63,842 nucleotides of DNA, filler included, from Albugo candida (GCA_040437565.1; 19 parts of 19 records of this genome joined end to end with filler, not necessarily neighbours in it); one strand, 5' to 3'. Positions 47,413 to 60,686 are shown, counted from the first letter of the whole stretch. Notes: generated by a model not told the origin, from the sequence alone. Program-made: numbers and translations.

Positions 47413-49864
47413 NNNNNNNNNNNNNNNNNNNNNNNNNNNNNNNNNNNNNNNNNNNNTTAATTAATTAANNNNNNNNNNNNNNNNNNNNNNNNNNNNNNNN
47501 NNNNNNNNNNNNTCAATTTTCCTCTTCAAGAAAGCCATTACTAGTAAAGATGGATAGCATGTGACGTGGCCAGCGTCTGGATATCCTCTAAGAGTGGTTT
47601 TGACAATATACACTGCCGAGCATTCTATTTGTACCGTTTTCCGATCCACCCCGACATGTTTACATTGTATCGACACGGAGAAATACCCATGCATAAGCCC
47701 GTAACTCAGGACTGTTTATTTCAAGCAGGACATGAGTCAATGTCTTGCCGAGTATTTGCAGTTTCAGACAACAACGGCTTACTACAAGCGGTTAATTGAG
47801 ACGAAGTTTGATTCATAGTGCCAGTTGCTTACCCTTTATTGCCATTGTTGTGATTCGGTAGGAGCTCAAACAATGAGGAGCAAATCCATCAAGGCATTCG
47901 GCGTTTCCACGTGCTGATGGGGTTCTGAAGCTGTGCACTCTTCACCAACGTTGTTGATAATAGTAATAATATCACAGTAGGAGCATTTCTTACTTCAATA
48001 TGATCAGAGGACGAGAACCGGAAACTCTATGGAGAGAGTCGAGCAAGTTGGATCGGATTTTAGGGAGCCTATTGGATGTTGACAGTAGGCAATCATAATC
48101 ATATTCATAAGCATAACCGTCCACCTGCACAGGAGACAGCATCCCGTGCAGCTGCACAAAGTCTGCCTGCCCAGACTAGAACGATAGTGCAAAAACTTGT
48201 TCCAGGCTAGACCAGCCTAATTCTTATTTACTACGCGGCAAGATCTCCATAATCTCGCAAGTAGCATGCTTATCATTATGCAAGGGTGCATTTCGACAAA
48301 GAGATCATGTTGGTAGTGAAGCCATAGCATTTTTATTCCACATCGTTCGGTCTTGTGTGATGGAACACGCTCAGTCACAATGTTCTTCTTTCTCATCCTC
48401 CATCCGTCATACTGACCCACAATTATCGATATTTTATCCTTTCAAGTGACTCTCGCCTTCCCAAACAAATCGAATTCTTGTGCCTATGATGGATGTCGTG
48501 GTCCTCATATTTCAAGACAACTGTGTCATACCTCTCCTGTTGTTCTGGAGGAGGAAACAGAACATATCGCATACTGTGAAGTGGTCGCACGGACAAAGAG
48601 TCTGCACTCACGATTGTCATCAGGCGAACGGTTCATAATGCCAAGAAAGAATCCTTCTGACGAATGTGTAACCTTACATGAGATTGATTGGAATTGTTAA
48701 TGGGAACCATGGCACCTTTTTGAAAAAATTGACAGAGCTTGAACGAAACTTCGTAAATCATGTAAACGTCATGAAGAAAATGTGAAACTCCATGAAAACT
48801 CTAAGTGCCTCCATCTCGGAAACAGTAGACGTTGAGGGTATAAAAAGTCATGAAGCTATAGGGATGGCTGCAGGTGTCAACAACGGATTTGTAACAGCCA
48901 CAACAGAGTAAGATTTGGTAGCATTTTGAAAGGATACTCCAAATAAATGTCTATGATGCAAATTTGACTTGGACAAATGTATGTCAGGAAATATAAGAAT
49001 GTCCTGCCCAATTGTAGCCGGAAACATCTTTTCTCATTATAGACTTCTCATTAAGTAATCCTAAAGAGCACTACTTAGAAATTTCTCCTCGCCCCAGGTT
49101 TTCTTCCATGAGGTTCATTTTCGGGCTCGGATCTGAATTGAGCGGCATGATAATTCCTCCAGACCCAAACATGTATTCAGCTCTATGATTGCGCTCACGG
49201 TTCATTGAAATTTATATTGACAAACATGAACATTACATTAGCCCATCATAACGGGCTGTGATAAATCATTACGATTTGCACTGAAGGAAGTGCACCATCT
49301 GATAGCACCAGATAATAGAGCATCGACGCAGTATATCTGGGCCTGCTCACATCAACTTCTAATCTTCCATGTCTGTAATATTTTCCACTAATATCAGTAC
49401 CGTTTAGCAGCATATGGCAAATCAGGCTCCGCAGTTGACGTCTTAATCTACCTCCCCAGTGAATGTCTGCTTCTTGTCCTCTGATCAGATTGAAGTAGGA
49501 AATGCTCATATTGTGACATTATTACTAATATCAACAGCGTTGTTGAAGAGTAGGTAGCTGCAGCCCCGTATCAGCACGTGGAAAAGCCGAATGCCTTTGG
49601 ATGAATTTCGCTTCTCATTGTTTGAGCTCTTAATGTATCCCAATTAGAAATCAAAGACACACTATGATATTATATCAACGCAGGGGAATCAACTCAAAAC
49701 GACGAGATGTCAAGATCTTCTTTTCTTTACTTTTATAGTAGTCACTATGCCATTTTCTGAAACCAGGAGTTTTTTAAATTTCTTATCGATCCCCGTCAGA
49801 ATCGTTATCTTTTGTCGGATGACATCGGCACCTATTGGGATGTTGCGGTAATCAAGATAGGATT

Positions 49865-50686
49865 TTAGAGATAATCAAAACACCGGGAATGTTTCACGTA
49901 AGCTACATCTGTAGCTTTTCGTTTAGCTCGTCTGGTATCAGAATCACCTGTCGAATCGCTACGAGTTTCTCCGTCTGACTCGATTCCTCCACAAAAAATG
50001 GATACCAAATCGTTAACGGACAAGGCTTGTAAGAGCTGGAAGTCATTAAAATGAATCTCAAGTCTCGGGTCGGGATGCACCAGGATGGAACACTCATTTT
50101 CGCATTTCGCAAGCTGGTTCAGACCATTTTCTTTTTTCGTCAACCCTATGTATGCCTGATTTAAAGAGATCAACGGTACCTCTTCATTTACGACGATGTG
50201 TTCAACGCATTGGAAAAGGTTCAGCTCCATCTTATTTGCTTCTTTGTCGAAATGAATCACGGTAGCAATTGTTCCGAATGACTGGGACGAGGTCAATACT
50301 GTCAATTCACTTGTCAAAGGCGTACCTTGTTCCTGCGTTGACGTTGACGTGGATTCCATATCTATTCCCGGTGGTGGTTCCATGTTAAGATCAAAGCCGA
50401 GGGTTTGCGTTCGCCTTTGCTGAGAAGCTTGGCGAGTCTTGATTTTTTTTGCATACGTACATATACTCTCCGGTACGTTACGTAGAGAGTGACATTTCGA
50501 GTGAAGATGCACGCATTTGAGAACGCTTGCCTGACCAGTACGCAACAAGGCCGTTGTCCGTGACAGTATCGTAAGCAAATCTCCAATGTCCGTTATTTGA
50601 CTAAGACATGCCCGACAATTCTCCGGCATTGTGAAAAAGACCCAAATGCAAAGGCTTGGTTGCTGATTTGAAAATGAAGCTTCTTC
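49865..50686 (-). CDS. Cys-patterned hypothetical protein (oomycete-like), 5' truncated, probably pseudogenised downstream
   Basis: 254-aa ORF that extends upstream to a possible acceptor near 50686. CRACL near the start and further C..C clusters. Coding-like sequence continues in another frame after 49865. Confidence 0.45.
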   Translation of the reverse strand, partial: EEASFSNQQPSLCIWVFFTMPENCRACLSQITDIGDLLTILSRTTALLRTGQASVLKCVHLHSKCHSLRNVPESICTYAKKIKTRQASQQRRTQTLGFDLNMEPPPGIDMESTSTSTQEQGTPLTSELTVLTSSQSFGTIATVIHFDKEANKMELNLFQCVEHIVVNEEVPLISLNQAYIGLTKKENGLNQLAKCENECSILVHPDPRLEIHFNDFQLLQALSVNDLVSIFCGGIESDGETRSDSTGDSDTRRAKRKATDVAYVKHSRCFDYL

Positions 50687-53600
50687 TAATTAAGCGCTTG
50701 GCAGTCAATACATACCNNNNNNNNNNNNNNNNNNNNNNNNNNNNNNNNNNNNNNNNNNNNTTAATTAATTAANNNNNNNNNNNNNNNNNNNNNNNNNNNN
50801 NNNNNNNNNNNNNNNNATACTAGTGATTAGAATAGAGTAGATAACCACCAAACTGTAGTAACAGAAAGGTGTCTAAATAAAAGTACTACGGGCGAACACC
50901 CTTAACTGAACTGGGTACGGAGAACCCCAACCGAGAGATACAGAGATATCTACCGTCACGCATCCAAGCTTCCTTTCACCTTCAAACGTAGAACAACCGT
51001 TCCGTCATGCTATCCAACATCTCCAAGCTGAAGCACGGAAGAGTTCGTTTGGTTGATCCAGTTCAAAAAAAAAGGAGATGACGAGAGGAAGCATGCATTC
51101 AAAAAAACTTGCATCCTGTATTGCTAAAGTCAGCAATATCTAAGTTGTGTCACCTGTTTCATGGTATATACTTACGAGTTCTTTCATGTATGAACATGTG
51201 GTTCAATTCTACGGTCCGATTGAGAGTTCATTAATTGATATCATCTCCTATGGATACACCGATATGGGCGCTGTTGCACAAACATTGAGCGATAAAGCTG
51301 TTGAAAAGTCTTTGGTTTACAGCCTTGTCGAATTGTGCGCTATGAATAAACCTGGGACTAGTATGAAAAATGAAAAGACGTCCGACAGTGTAAGCCCAGA
51401 GGATATTACAAAGGTCGATCAGGCATGAAGCTATGCAATGCAACGCAATAATTCGACATCGTGTTTGCATTCAATCGGTAGGAATTTTTTTATATCAATT
51501 AAATTTTCAAACATAGAACGATCAGTATCGATACCGTACTTTCCAGTTGTTTAGAAAGCATATCTTGTTCAGTAAATCGTGCAACGAGACTTCTGGGACC
51601 ATTGAATAGTTTGCACGACTAAACGATACATGCATTCATACCGGGAATTGCAAATCTTCCTCCCGATTGTAGAACCAGACGTTATGATACCAATGTTGAA
51701 AGTGGAACATGTTGAAGAAATGATGACGAAGCCATGCGGAAATGCGTGAACTACATAACATTGTTGTATTGTAGCGAGGCGTTTCGTATTTAGCTGAAGA
51801 ATAATAATAAATCAATGTACCACTTTTCAAGTGGGAACTAAAGACTTTGTTCTAGTTCGCTTCCCTGTGTCGTGTCTGTCGTAACAGCACCAGGGTTTAA
51901 CACATTACCATTCCCTTTCAGCCACAAAGTGTTCGTAAACTACCTAGGCCAGCGCTTGGTCGTTCTTTATTAGCTACGCGTCCGACTTGTCTTTTCTATA
52001 GCGTTCGAAATTCGAAGTATCGAAGGCAAACGAACTCATAGGCTCTATCTTTGGACCACATGACAAATTTGTGACGATGTTAGGGTGTGTCAAAAGAAGC
52101 ACGCTAAATAAGTCATCAAGCTCATGCCAAAGAGCGTGCAAAATCAAATTTCCCGGGTTATTGAGCTAATTCTAATTTGATAGTACCTGCTACTTGTTTC
52201 ATAGCTTCGATGATAGGCGCTACGTGTAATTTATTCTCCTCCAATAATCCCAAATTGGGTATGCGCGTCTATTTCTGGTAACGGAGATTTATTCTTTCAC
52301 ACAGGAAGAATCGACTAAATATACGAAGGTAGTCTTACCTGCATATCGCTTAGATTGTGGCTCTTATTGGGATATTTACACCGATGACAATTCGGCAAGA
52401 AATCCTATACACTATTTTCCAATTTATTTTCGTGTTTCCGAATATACGAGTGAGTGTATGGAATATGTAGCCATGTCGCCCAAGAAGGAGTTTCAGGTAC
52501 CATCACAGAGTGGCACTAATGTCATGTATTGATTGTATCACGTAGAAGTGGATCATATAGCGGAATCTACAAAAGAATTCATTTATCCATGAGCCAAGTG
52601 AAAGTAATTTGCAAGCCAAATTCGAAGTCCTCTCTATCAATGCCATTGCCAGACTGTGAACACTATGGTCAGTTTGTTATGGGATGGTGGCAGCACTTGG
52701 AAAGTGTATGTTACAAAGAAGGGAAATTCAGCGCCAGTCTTTGCTACCCACGGTCATCTTTAACGCTTGAATCTGCCTACACTTGGCATTGCTCCGGGGT
52801 TCTTTCTTGGTCCACTAGAAGCCACATTTGTACTTACTGATCCTTCTCCCTCAACGCAGAATGAAAGAAGTGGAAGTGTGAGCTTCTATTATGACGAAAT
52901 GTGGACCTATATTCCACCTAAGGTGTATGAGAACTGCGTGGAAAGCAAGAAAAAGAAACCGTCTCTTCCTCATCCTGCTTCATCGTATTCAGGGCATCTC
53001 TCTTCCAATGCTCCTGTGCATCGTTTTCGCTGTGATGTGCTCCAACATGCGAAAAGGCTATCCTTTAAAATCACGCTCAAAGACGATACAGTGTTACAAA
53101 TTGAATAGGAGAACTATACTATCAGAGACCCACTAAAGCCACATGAGCCTTAAGTGTGCTACATTGCGATCAAGAAAAATGGAATGGACAATTTTCGAAG
53201 CTGGCGGCCATTTCTCATGCTTCAAGCAATGAAATTCAACATCATTAAGAGTTGCAGTGACTTTAGTCTTGAAGTCAAGCCATTGACCTCAACTCCTTTG
53301 TCCCAACCACCGTCTTGAACTCTGTCTTGGCTGTAAAGAATCATGATCAGATTTCCCTTTTTTGTCTTGTCATCACTCCCACAAGTGTTAGCGTATAAGT
53401 GCACGATCATGACTTTGATATTAGTATGACTGGGACAAATAGTATATAGTTAGAGTGGGATGTCTTCAAAAGGTTTCGTGAAAGTGACATAGCTTTATTC
53501 AGTGCCAATCAAAGGACGTCAAATCTCAATACCAAAGATGCCCAGCGCGCTAGCACAAAAGGGTTCGCTACGTTGAGAATTGTTGATTGCAATAGAAGCC

Positions 53601-54119
53601 GCTGGCAGATGCTTCGAAACTGATTGCAAGAATATATAGGCGCTATTTGTTGAGGATCATCAGCGAGCCTTTCGTAGAGACTGACATTCAGCGTACAATG
53701 CCTCGTTTGCGTAGTGCCACAAATATTTCGCATCGATGTACTCTTTGGCCGACCGCATCGTGGCGAGGTGCCGAGGCTTTGTCGATATCGATCACCCTAC
53801 TGCACTAATTATACCATATAAATCAAAAGTTTTTCGGTTGATAGCAATGTAATCGATGTCAAAGAGAGAGCGAGTCATTACTATCAACGTATGGACGTGC
53901 TTGGACGAACGACATGCAACGAAAAAGATCCGATGACGTTGTAGGAACCGGCAGTGCGACAAAATAAATGAGATTGCGCACAAGAACAGTATCTTTGAGC
54001 AGATCTTTATCAAGATTATNNNNNNNNNNNNNNNNNNNNNNNNNNNNNNNNNNNNNNNNNNNNTTAATTAATTAANNNNNNNNNNNNNNNNNNNNNNNNN
54101 NNNNNNNNNNNNNNNNNNN

Positions 54120-54916
54120 CAAAAAGATATACAGCGCTAGTAGTATTATCAAGAAAATTACCTATACAGTACAATATTGATTAATAAAAGTTATTTTTTT
54201 TTAAAAAAAAAGGATAAACATACCATGCACATCATCTACGTAATTATTTAAGTCATTTTTATCAATGTCATCAACATCGTTTGACATCTTCATCATGTTT
54301 TGCAATATTTCTTCGGCAGTGTAATCTTCAGTAGTGCGATAAATATGCTCTTCTCTTTCTCTCATTGCTTCTTCGTCGTCATAATCGGTGTCACTGATGT
54401 CTGCGTCACTGTTAAAGGTATCTAATTATAATAATAGAGTTTAGTCATTCCGTTCTATATGGTGTTTGCTAATAAGGTTATTTACCTGTGTCAAGAATAT
54501 AGTCGCTTGAACGAGAATTATGGGCAAAGTCTTGTTCTACAGAGTTAGCATTGTCCAAATTGCAATTATTAAAAAGCTGTTCAAGGGTGATAGCACCATT
54601 ATCAGGAATAACAGCTAAATAAAATCAGAATACCTTTTAATATCGCTGAACTGCTACTACCTTTTATGAAACAGTGTACTTTACCTGAATAATCTTCCTC
54701 TTCTGACGGAGCGTTGTTATTGGTTTCAGCGGAAACCCTATCAATATCCATAGGGGTTACCATTTCTGGGTTTGCTTTTTGTTGTGCAATTTGCTGTTGT
54801 ACTTTTCTCAATTCCTCATGTTCTTCATAGCGTCTTCTTGAAACTAACTTCCCCTTGTCCTTTTCGCAATGACATGGTACTGAATCACTTTTTCTTTTTT
54901 TAGAGTAATTGGCCAT
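54120..54916 (-). CDS. Probable 5' exons of a CMC-type transposase gene
   Basis: MANYSKKRK..PCHCEKDKGKLVSRRRYEEH (Cys/His leader) is followed by several short acidic exons, like the acidic leader at 10372-10630. The catalytic region is off-contig. Confidence 0.5.
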
Positions 54917-55296
54917 GTAAGATTTAATGTGATAAAAATGAGGGAGGAAAATTGAAATTAAAGAATAATACTCTGTCCAACTCAAATAAATTGCGAGGTA
55001 TTTATACAAATCAAAATCCCTTTCATTATTCTAAACCAAATTATGATCCCTCCCAATAAAAATGGCATGGTATGGTACGCATATCTCTTATTGCAGTAAA
55101 TCAACCTTTTTTTTTTTCATCAATCAATGATATTATGCAAATTACGTATATACAAATGTTCCATTATGCAAAAATTTAATTTCTCAGCCCACAAATCGTA
55201 TGCTTTTGTAACAACGTTTTTTAATAGATATTTTTTTTTGTAAGTAGTATGCTAAATCGTCTTTTACTATTTTTCGAAAATTTTATTTTTTCAAAC

Positions 55297-55827
55297 ATGT
55301 CTTTATTATTCAATGTATGTCCCTCTTTGACGGAAACAAACGAGGAAAGCAGTAACATCAGTAGCACTATTGATTTGGATGATGGAAGTGATGGTCACAC
55401 CATTGATTTGGATAACGATGACACAAGACCCGTCGAACTTGTTGAATACGTAGAATATGAAGAAAAAATTTCAATTTTACAAGAAAAATTTAACGTTAGC
55501 TATGAAAGGTTTCTTTACATTTATGGAGCCAAGGCATATGACGACAAGAAACTGTTAAATGATGTCGATGGAAAGAGATCTCGCTTGCGATTGAAGAAAA
55601 TGGAGATAGATCTTGTTTTCTTGAGAGTAGAACAAAGAGAGCTACTCTATCAAGGTAGATGTGATTCTGATGGCCTTGTTGATTGTAAGTCTTTTATCAA
55701 TCAAAAAATGAAAATGGATGAACTTACTTCAGAAGTCGCGGTATTGAAAAAAATTCTTGAAGAAAAAGGAAAGTGCTCTCACTGCAGCAAGTCTATTTCA
55801 GAAAGATTATCAGGATTATATAAATAG
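55297..55827 (+). CDS. Family B hypothetical protein, head-to-head with the gene at 54916
   Basis: ATG 55297. Aligns end to end with 42544-43113 and adds a C-terminal CSHC. Confidence 0.8.
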   Translation: MSLLFNVCPSLTETNEESSNISSTIDLDDGSDGHTIDLDNDDTRPVELVEYVEYEEKISILQEKFNVSYERFLYIYGAKAYDDKKLLNDVDGKRSRLRLKKMEIDLVFLRVEQRELLYQGRCDSDGLVDCKSFINQKMKMDELTSEVAVLKKILEEKGKCSHCSKSISERLSGLYK

Positions 55828-57421
55828 TATCCTCAAAAATAAAACTGCTGCTTTTTACAAAAATTAATACCTTTTATTGTTTATTGCTTATTTGTTTAAT
55901 GAATTATCCCGTTTTGAATTGACAGCATGCAACAAATTTAGAGTGACACAGGTTATGCAAATTGAGATTTTCACTTGAAATACCGCCACAATGCAAATGT
56001 ACTTTTATTAAACCCATTCTCTTTTTTCTTTGAAAAAAAACAAGGGTTAAGGAATACGAGCTCCGTGTTTTCCCACTGTTGTATTGTTGTTGTTATAAAA
56101 AGTAGCTATTATGTACCTTGAAAATTAATTCAAACTTATAATAAAATCAATAACAGCTTTTTATTTATTGACATTGCTATGCGCTTTCAACATTTGCAAA
56201 TATTCTCAGTTTATGACAAAAGCTAATTTTGTTGATTGGGAAGCGAATTTTTTCTCTAGTTTAAAAGTAAGACATATCTTTGAAGCAGAATTCTTTTCGA
56301 AAGCCACCCCTTGTTATACATGCAAGGAAAGTCCTTTAGCGTCATACATTTCACACACTAAAATTGAATATCAAATACGCTGAAACATACAGGGCCAGAG
56401 ACGTATTTTCTTGCTTTTACAAAAAAAAAAAAACAATCTGAGCTTAAAGGATTGCTTTGCAGAGTCTCTCCCCCCCACATGTTACCAAAATATTCAAAAG
56501 CAAATAATTTCACTTTCAGATTGGTATGAACAGTTTCAAAGTGATGAAAAATGAAATAAATTGTCGTTTTTTATTGAGAGAGTAAATTACTTTTTTTTTC
56601 AAAGAAGCCAATCTAGGTCACATTTTAAGTAGTTTTTTATGCTTTGCATATCAATATACAGATCGTTAATTTTTAAAAAAAAAAAAAAAAAAAAGTTCGC
56701 TCCTACAAACATTTTATACGAAACTTGAAGCTGTTCATAGCAAGAACAACCACTGTTAATGTATTTGTTTTCAAGTTCAGCCATTTTCAACGAAATTGAA
56801 AATTTAAAATTTTTATTCAATTTCCACACATTTTTCGTCATAACGAAAACATCATATAAATCAAGTTTTTTGCTGTGTACATCTTTTATTTCAGGCTCAC
56901 ATTTTTTTTGTTCAAGTCAATAAGCACAACAATCCAACAAAGACAAGATTGTGAAAGCGCTTTGCATTGTCAACAATTAGCAAGGTCATTGAGTCAATGA
57001 CTGTTATAGAAGTCATGCAAAATGAATTTAAGAGAAAGCAAGGTAATGCAATCAGTATAGAATTACCAAGCATAATATCTTTTTATTAAACGGTATTATA
57101 TAACACTTCAATTTAAAAGAGCCCTTCTACTACTTGCTCTATTTTGTAATGACAACAAAAGCAATGTCGCATTACCTTGAATGTATACTCATGAATGACT
57201 ACTAAATGAAAAGTAGTATCCTTATATTATGTGAGTAGCAGTTAGCAGTAGCCTAAATAATCAAAAACTAATATCATATTCTACACACCAGTGGAGTTTT
57301 CTTTTATTGCAAATATTATGGNNNNNNNNNNNNNNNNNNNNNNNNNNNNNNNNNNNNNNNNNNNNTTAATTAATTAANNNNNNNNNNNNNNNNNNNNNNN
57401 NNNNNNNNNNNNNNNNNNNNN

Positions 57422-60400
57422 GTGAAAGCAGTCAATCAAATGATGACTGCTTGAAAGTGCCAGCTTCAAACCTGTTTCAAGATGGGCATCGACGTGGCAG
57501 TCGCTGATTGGTAGTAGCAGAAGGCTTAGACTAGCAGTAGCAACAGAGTTGGCGAACTAAGGACCTTAATAAACATCAAGTATTTTACTATCAAGTGCTC
57601 AAGGGACCTTTATTTCTTTAGGTTTTGAGCTCAAGCACCGTTTTTTCAACTGAAGACACCAACCACGCTTTCGCCATGGACGCCTCCACGACCGTTCGTA
57701 TCAACAAGTTCCAAGGCACCAACTTTCACACATGGTAACTCAAGATGTAGATGGTACTGGAGGAGCGCGACTTGTGGGATGTGACGAGCTGAGATATCAA
57801 GCTGGAGCACTGCGTCACCGTGATGGACCAAGCGACGTTCAAGAAGAAGTCGCGCAAGGCGCTCGAAATCATCTGCCTCGCAATCGAAGATTCGCAGTTG
57901 CCACTGGTTCGCTCGGCGAAGGGCGCGTATGATGCATAGTCACGGCTGGAGGGGCACTACGAGAAGAAGAGCCTAGCGAATAAGCTATTTCTTCGTCATC
58001 GCTTCTTCACCACGATGATGTGCGAAGGAGATGATGTGCTGGAGCACATCAACAAGCTGAGGAATATGGCGGAACAGCTCGATGCGGTCGGCGCTCCGGC
58101 CAGTGAAGACGAATTGGTGATCACGCTTCTGGGAACTTGAATGAGTCGTATCAGCTCCTGATCACGGCGTTAGAGTCACGTGCGGACTCACTGTCGTGGG
58201 AACTCGTGACGTATCCGCTGCTACACGAGGACACGAAGCGCAAGGAGCAAGGTGGCGTCATCGATGGAACCGCACATGGCCAAGTGTTCATGACAAGTGA
58301 CCACCGCAAGCGCAAAGGAGTGTGGCAGGCACAGGAGGGCAGCGCTTACCACTACTATGTTGAACAAGGGCATTGGATCGCCAAGTGTCCTGTGAGAATT
58401 CGCGAAAATGCGGAGCGGCAGAACCCGCAAAGAGCAAGCGTCGCTCAGATCGAGTACGAATCTGGCGAGTATCCGTTTTCGGTTGGTGGGAGTGCCACCA
58501 AGTCGAGTGATGATTGGCTGGTCGACTCGGGGGCGACGCAGCACAGGACATACTCGAAAGAGTACATGACGAACTACAAGAAGATTACGCCGGTGGACGT
58601 ACATCTCGCGGACGACGGCGTTGTTCAAGCTGTGCGAATGGGTGACCTTACCATGTCGATATAAACGCAGCGTGGAATCAAGAAGGGTGTGGTTTCCGGT
58701 GTGTGGCATATCCCGAAGCTATCGCGCAACCTGCTCTCCGTCGAGCGCTTCACGAAAGATGTTAGACCAGTCACGTTTGAGAGAGACGGGTGCTTTGCAG
58801 AGGCAAAAAGCACTAAGTTGCAGCTTAGTGCACGCATGGGCAAGGGTCTGTTTAAGTTGTGCATGACGCCTCTCATGTCTGACGAGGCAAATGTGGCAAG
58901 CTCGAAGGTCCACGAACGGGACACCACTTCGTACCTCTGGCACCTTCGACTTGCTCACATCGGTCATGGTGGTCTTGACGCCATTGTCAAGAAAGGCTAT
59001 GGTGCTGGCATAGGCATCTCGTCGGTGAAGCAGTGGGAGCTTTGTGACTGGTGTGCTCTTGCATGCAAACGCGAGTGAGCTTCATGCCGAAGTCGCAGAT
59101 GCGTGCCACAAAACTATTTGAAGTCGTTCACAGTGATGTCTGGGGTCCGATGCAGACACCCACCTTTGGTGTAGTCGGTATTTTGTCACGTTCATCGACG
59201 ATTACTTATACTTGTGTGTGGTGTACTAGCTGCGAAACAAGTCGGAAGTGCCTGCCAAGTTTGCAGAGCTCGTTGCATTTGCTGAGACTCAGACCGGCAC
59301 TTGAGTCAAGATGCTCCGCAGCGATAACTGCGGTGATTACAAATTGCGTTCGATGACCAAGTTATGCGGTATCACCCAAGAGTTCACACCACAATAACCC
59401 CCCCCCCAACTCAATGGAGTGGCCGAGAGGATGAACTGGACTTTGGTTGAAAGTGCTTGGTTCATGATCGAACGTGCGGAACTTTCAAGTGCTACTAGGG
59501 AGAAGCAGTAATGACTGCGACACTCCTCCGCAACCAGTGTCCCACACGTGCGATCAACCATGACAAATCTTCACACGAGGTATGGACAAAGAAGAAGCCG
59601 CTGCTAAAGAGCCTGAAGGTCTTCGCATGCCATGCGTATGTACATATGCCGCGCGAGAAACGGTCTCAACTCGACCCGCGGTCAATGTTGTGTCATTTCA
59701 TCGGCTACTCGGACCACGAGAAAACGAGCTGGTTCGAAGATCAAGTGGAAGAATCGTTATGAGTCGCGGTGCCCAGTTCATGGAAGACACGTTCGAGAGT
59801 GGCAAGCGCAGAGTTGCTGAAGACAAAACGGTCGAATTCAGCGAAGATGATGACGTTTCCGACTGCGAAGATCACATCGCTCAAAATACTGACACTGACG
59901 AAGACATGGGCGACGGGTCGTTGGAGTCACAACCTGCGAACGAGCGTCCGCAATGGCAACGACCGCAAGCACCGCGACAATAACAGGTGCGGCAGGCTCA
60001 GGCAGAATTCCCGCCAGGTGCCAATCGTCATTCACTCACACATTCGCTTGAGTGGTTGTCCGAGCAGACATATCGGCAATGATGACGTCCATCGAAGAAG
60101 ACGAAGAATAATGCACTCGCGTCGTGTATTCAGTGGAAGATTTGCCGTCGTCGTTGAAGTCGGCGATGGAATCCAGCGACGCAAGCAAGTGGAAAGAAGC
60201 GTGCGACTCCGGGTTCGAGTCTCTGCGCAAGAATAGGACGTGGGAGCTGGCACCGTTACCACGTGGTCTCAAGAATATCAGCAGTAAGTGGGTTTTCAAG
60301 GTGAAGGAGACCATGAGGGTCTCATCGAGCGGTACAAGGCGCGTATCGTGGCGAAAGGTTCTCTAAAAGACATTCGCGCTAGTTTCCAATTCCGCGTCAA

Positions 60401-60586
60401 TCCGGATCATCCTGAGCATCGCGGCGCAGCACAAGTTGATTATCCACCTGATGGATGTCAAGACAGCGTTCTTCAACGGAATGCTTGACGAAGAAATATA
60501 TAGGAAGCAACCGGACTGATTCGTCGATCCCAAGTATTCTGATCATGTGTGCAAGCTCAAGCGCGCGCTGCACGGACTCAAGCGGT
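57422..60586 (+). mobile_element. Decayed Ty1/Copia LTR retrotransposon (LTR end, gag, PR, IN, RT start), oomycete-like
   Basis: PBS-like GGTTTTGAGCTC at 57621, gag from 57676 (INKFQGTNFHTW*..LEERDLW), WLVDSGATQH, LWHLRLAHIG, VHSDVWGPM, NGVAERMN, NRTWEL..SKWVFKVK, RYKARIVAKG and MDVKTAF. Copia domain order with many stops and frameshifts. Confidence 0.93.
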
Positions 60587-60686
60587 NNNNNNNNNNNNNN
60601 NNNNNNNNNNNNNNNNNNNNNNNNNNNNNNTTAATTAATTAANNNNNNNNNNNNNNNNNNNNNNNNNNNNNNNNNNNNNNNNNNNN

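Larger units (their letters stand above)
3366..60686. other. 18 artificial 100-bp contig linkers (N44-TTAATTAATTAA-N44)
   Basis: Identical linkers start at 3366, 6827, 10272, 13711, 17126, 20540, 23930, 27315, 30693, 34063, 37425, 40777, 44096, 47413, 50717, 54020, 57322 and 60587. Contig lengths fall monotonically from 3365 to 3156 bp. Confidence 0.98.

Noticed and set aside
50817-54019. Short ORFs of this contig as genes
   Set aside because: Fragmentary, with no recognisable motifs. They may be pseudogene debris but cannot be supported by eye.
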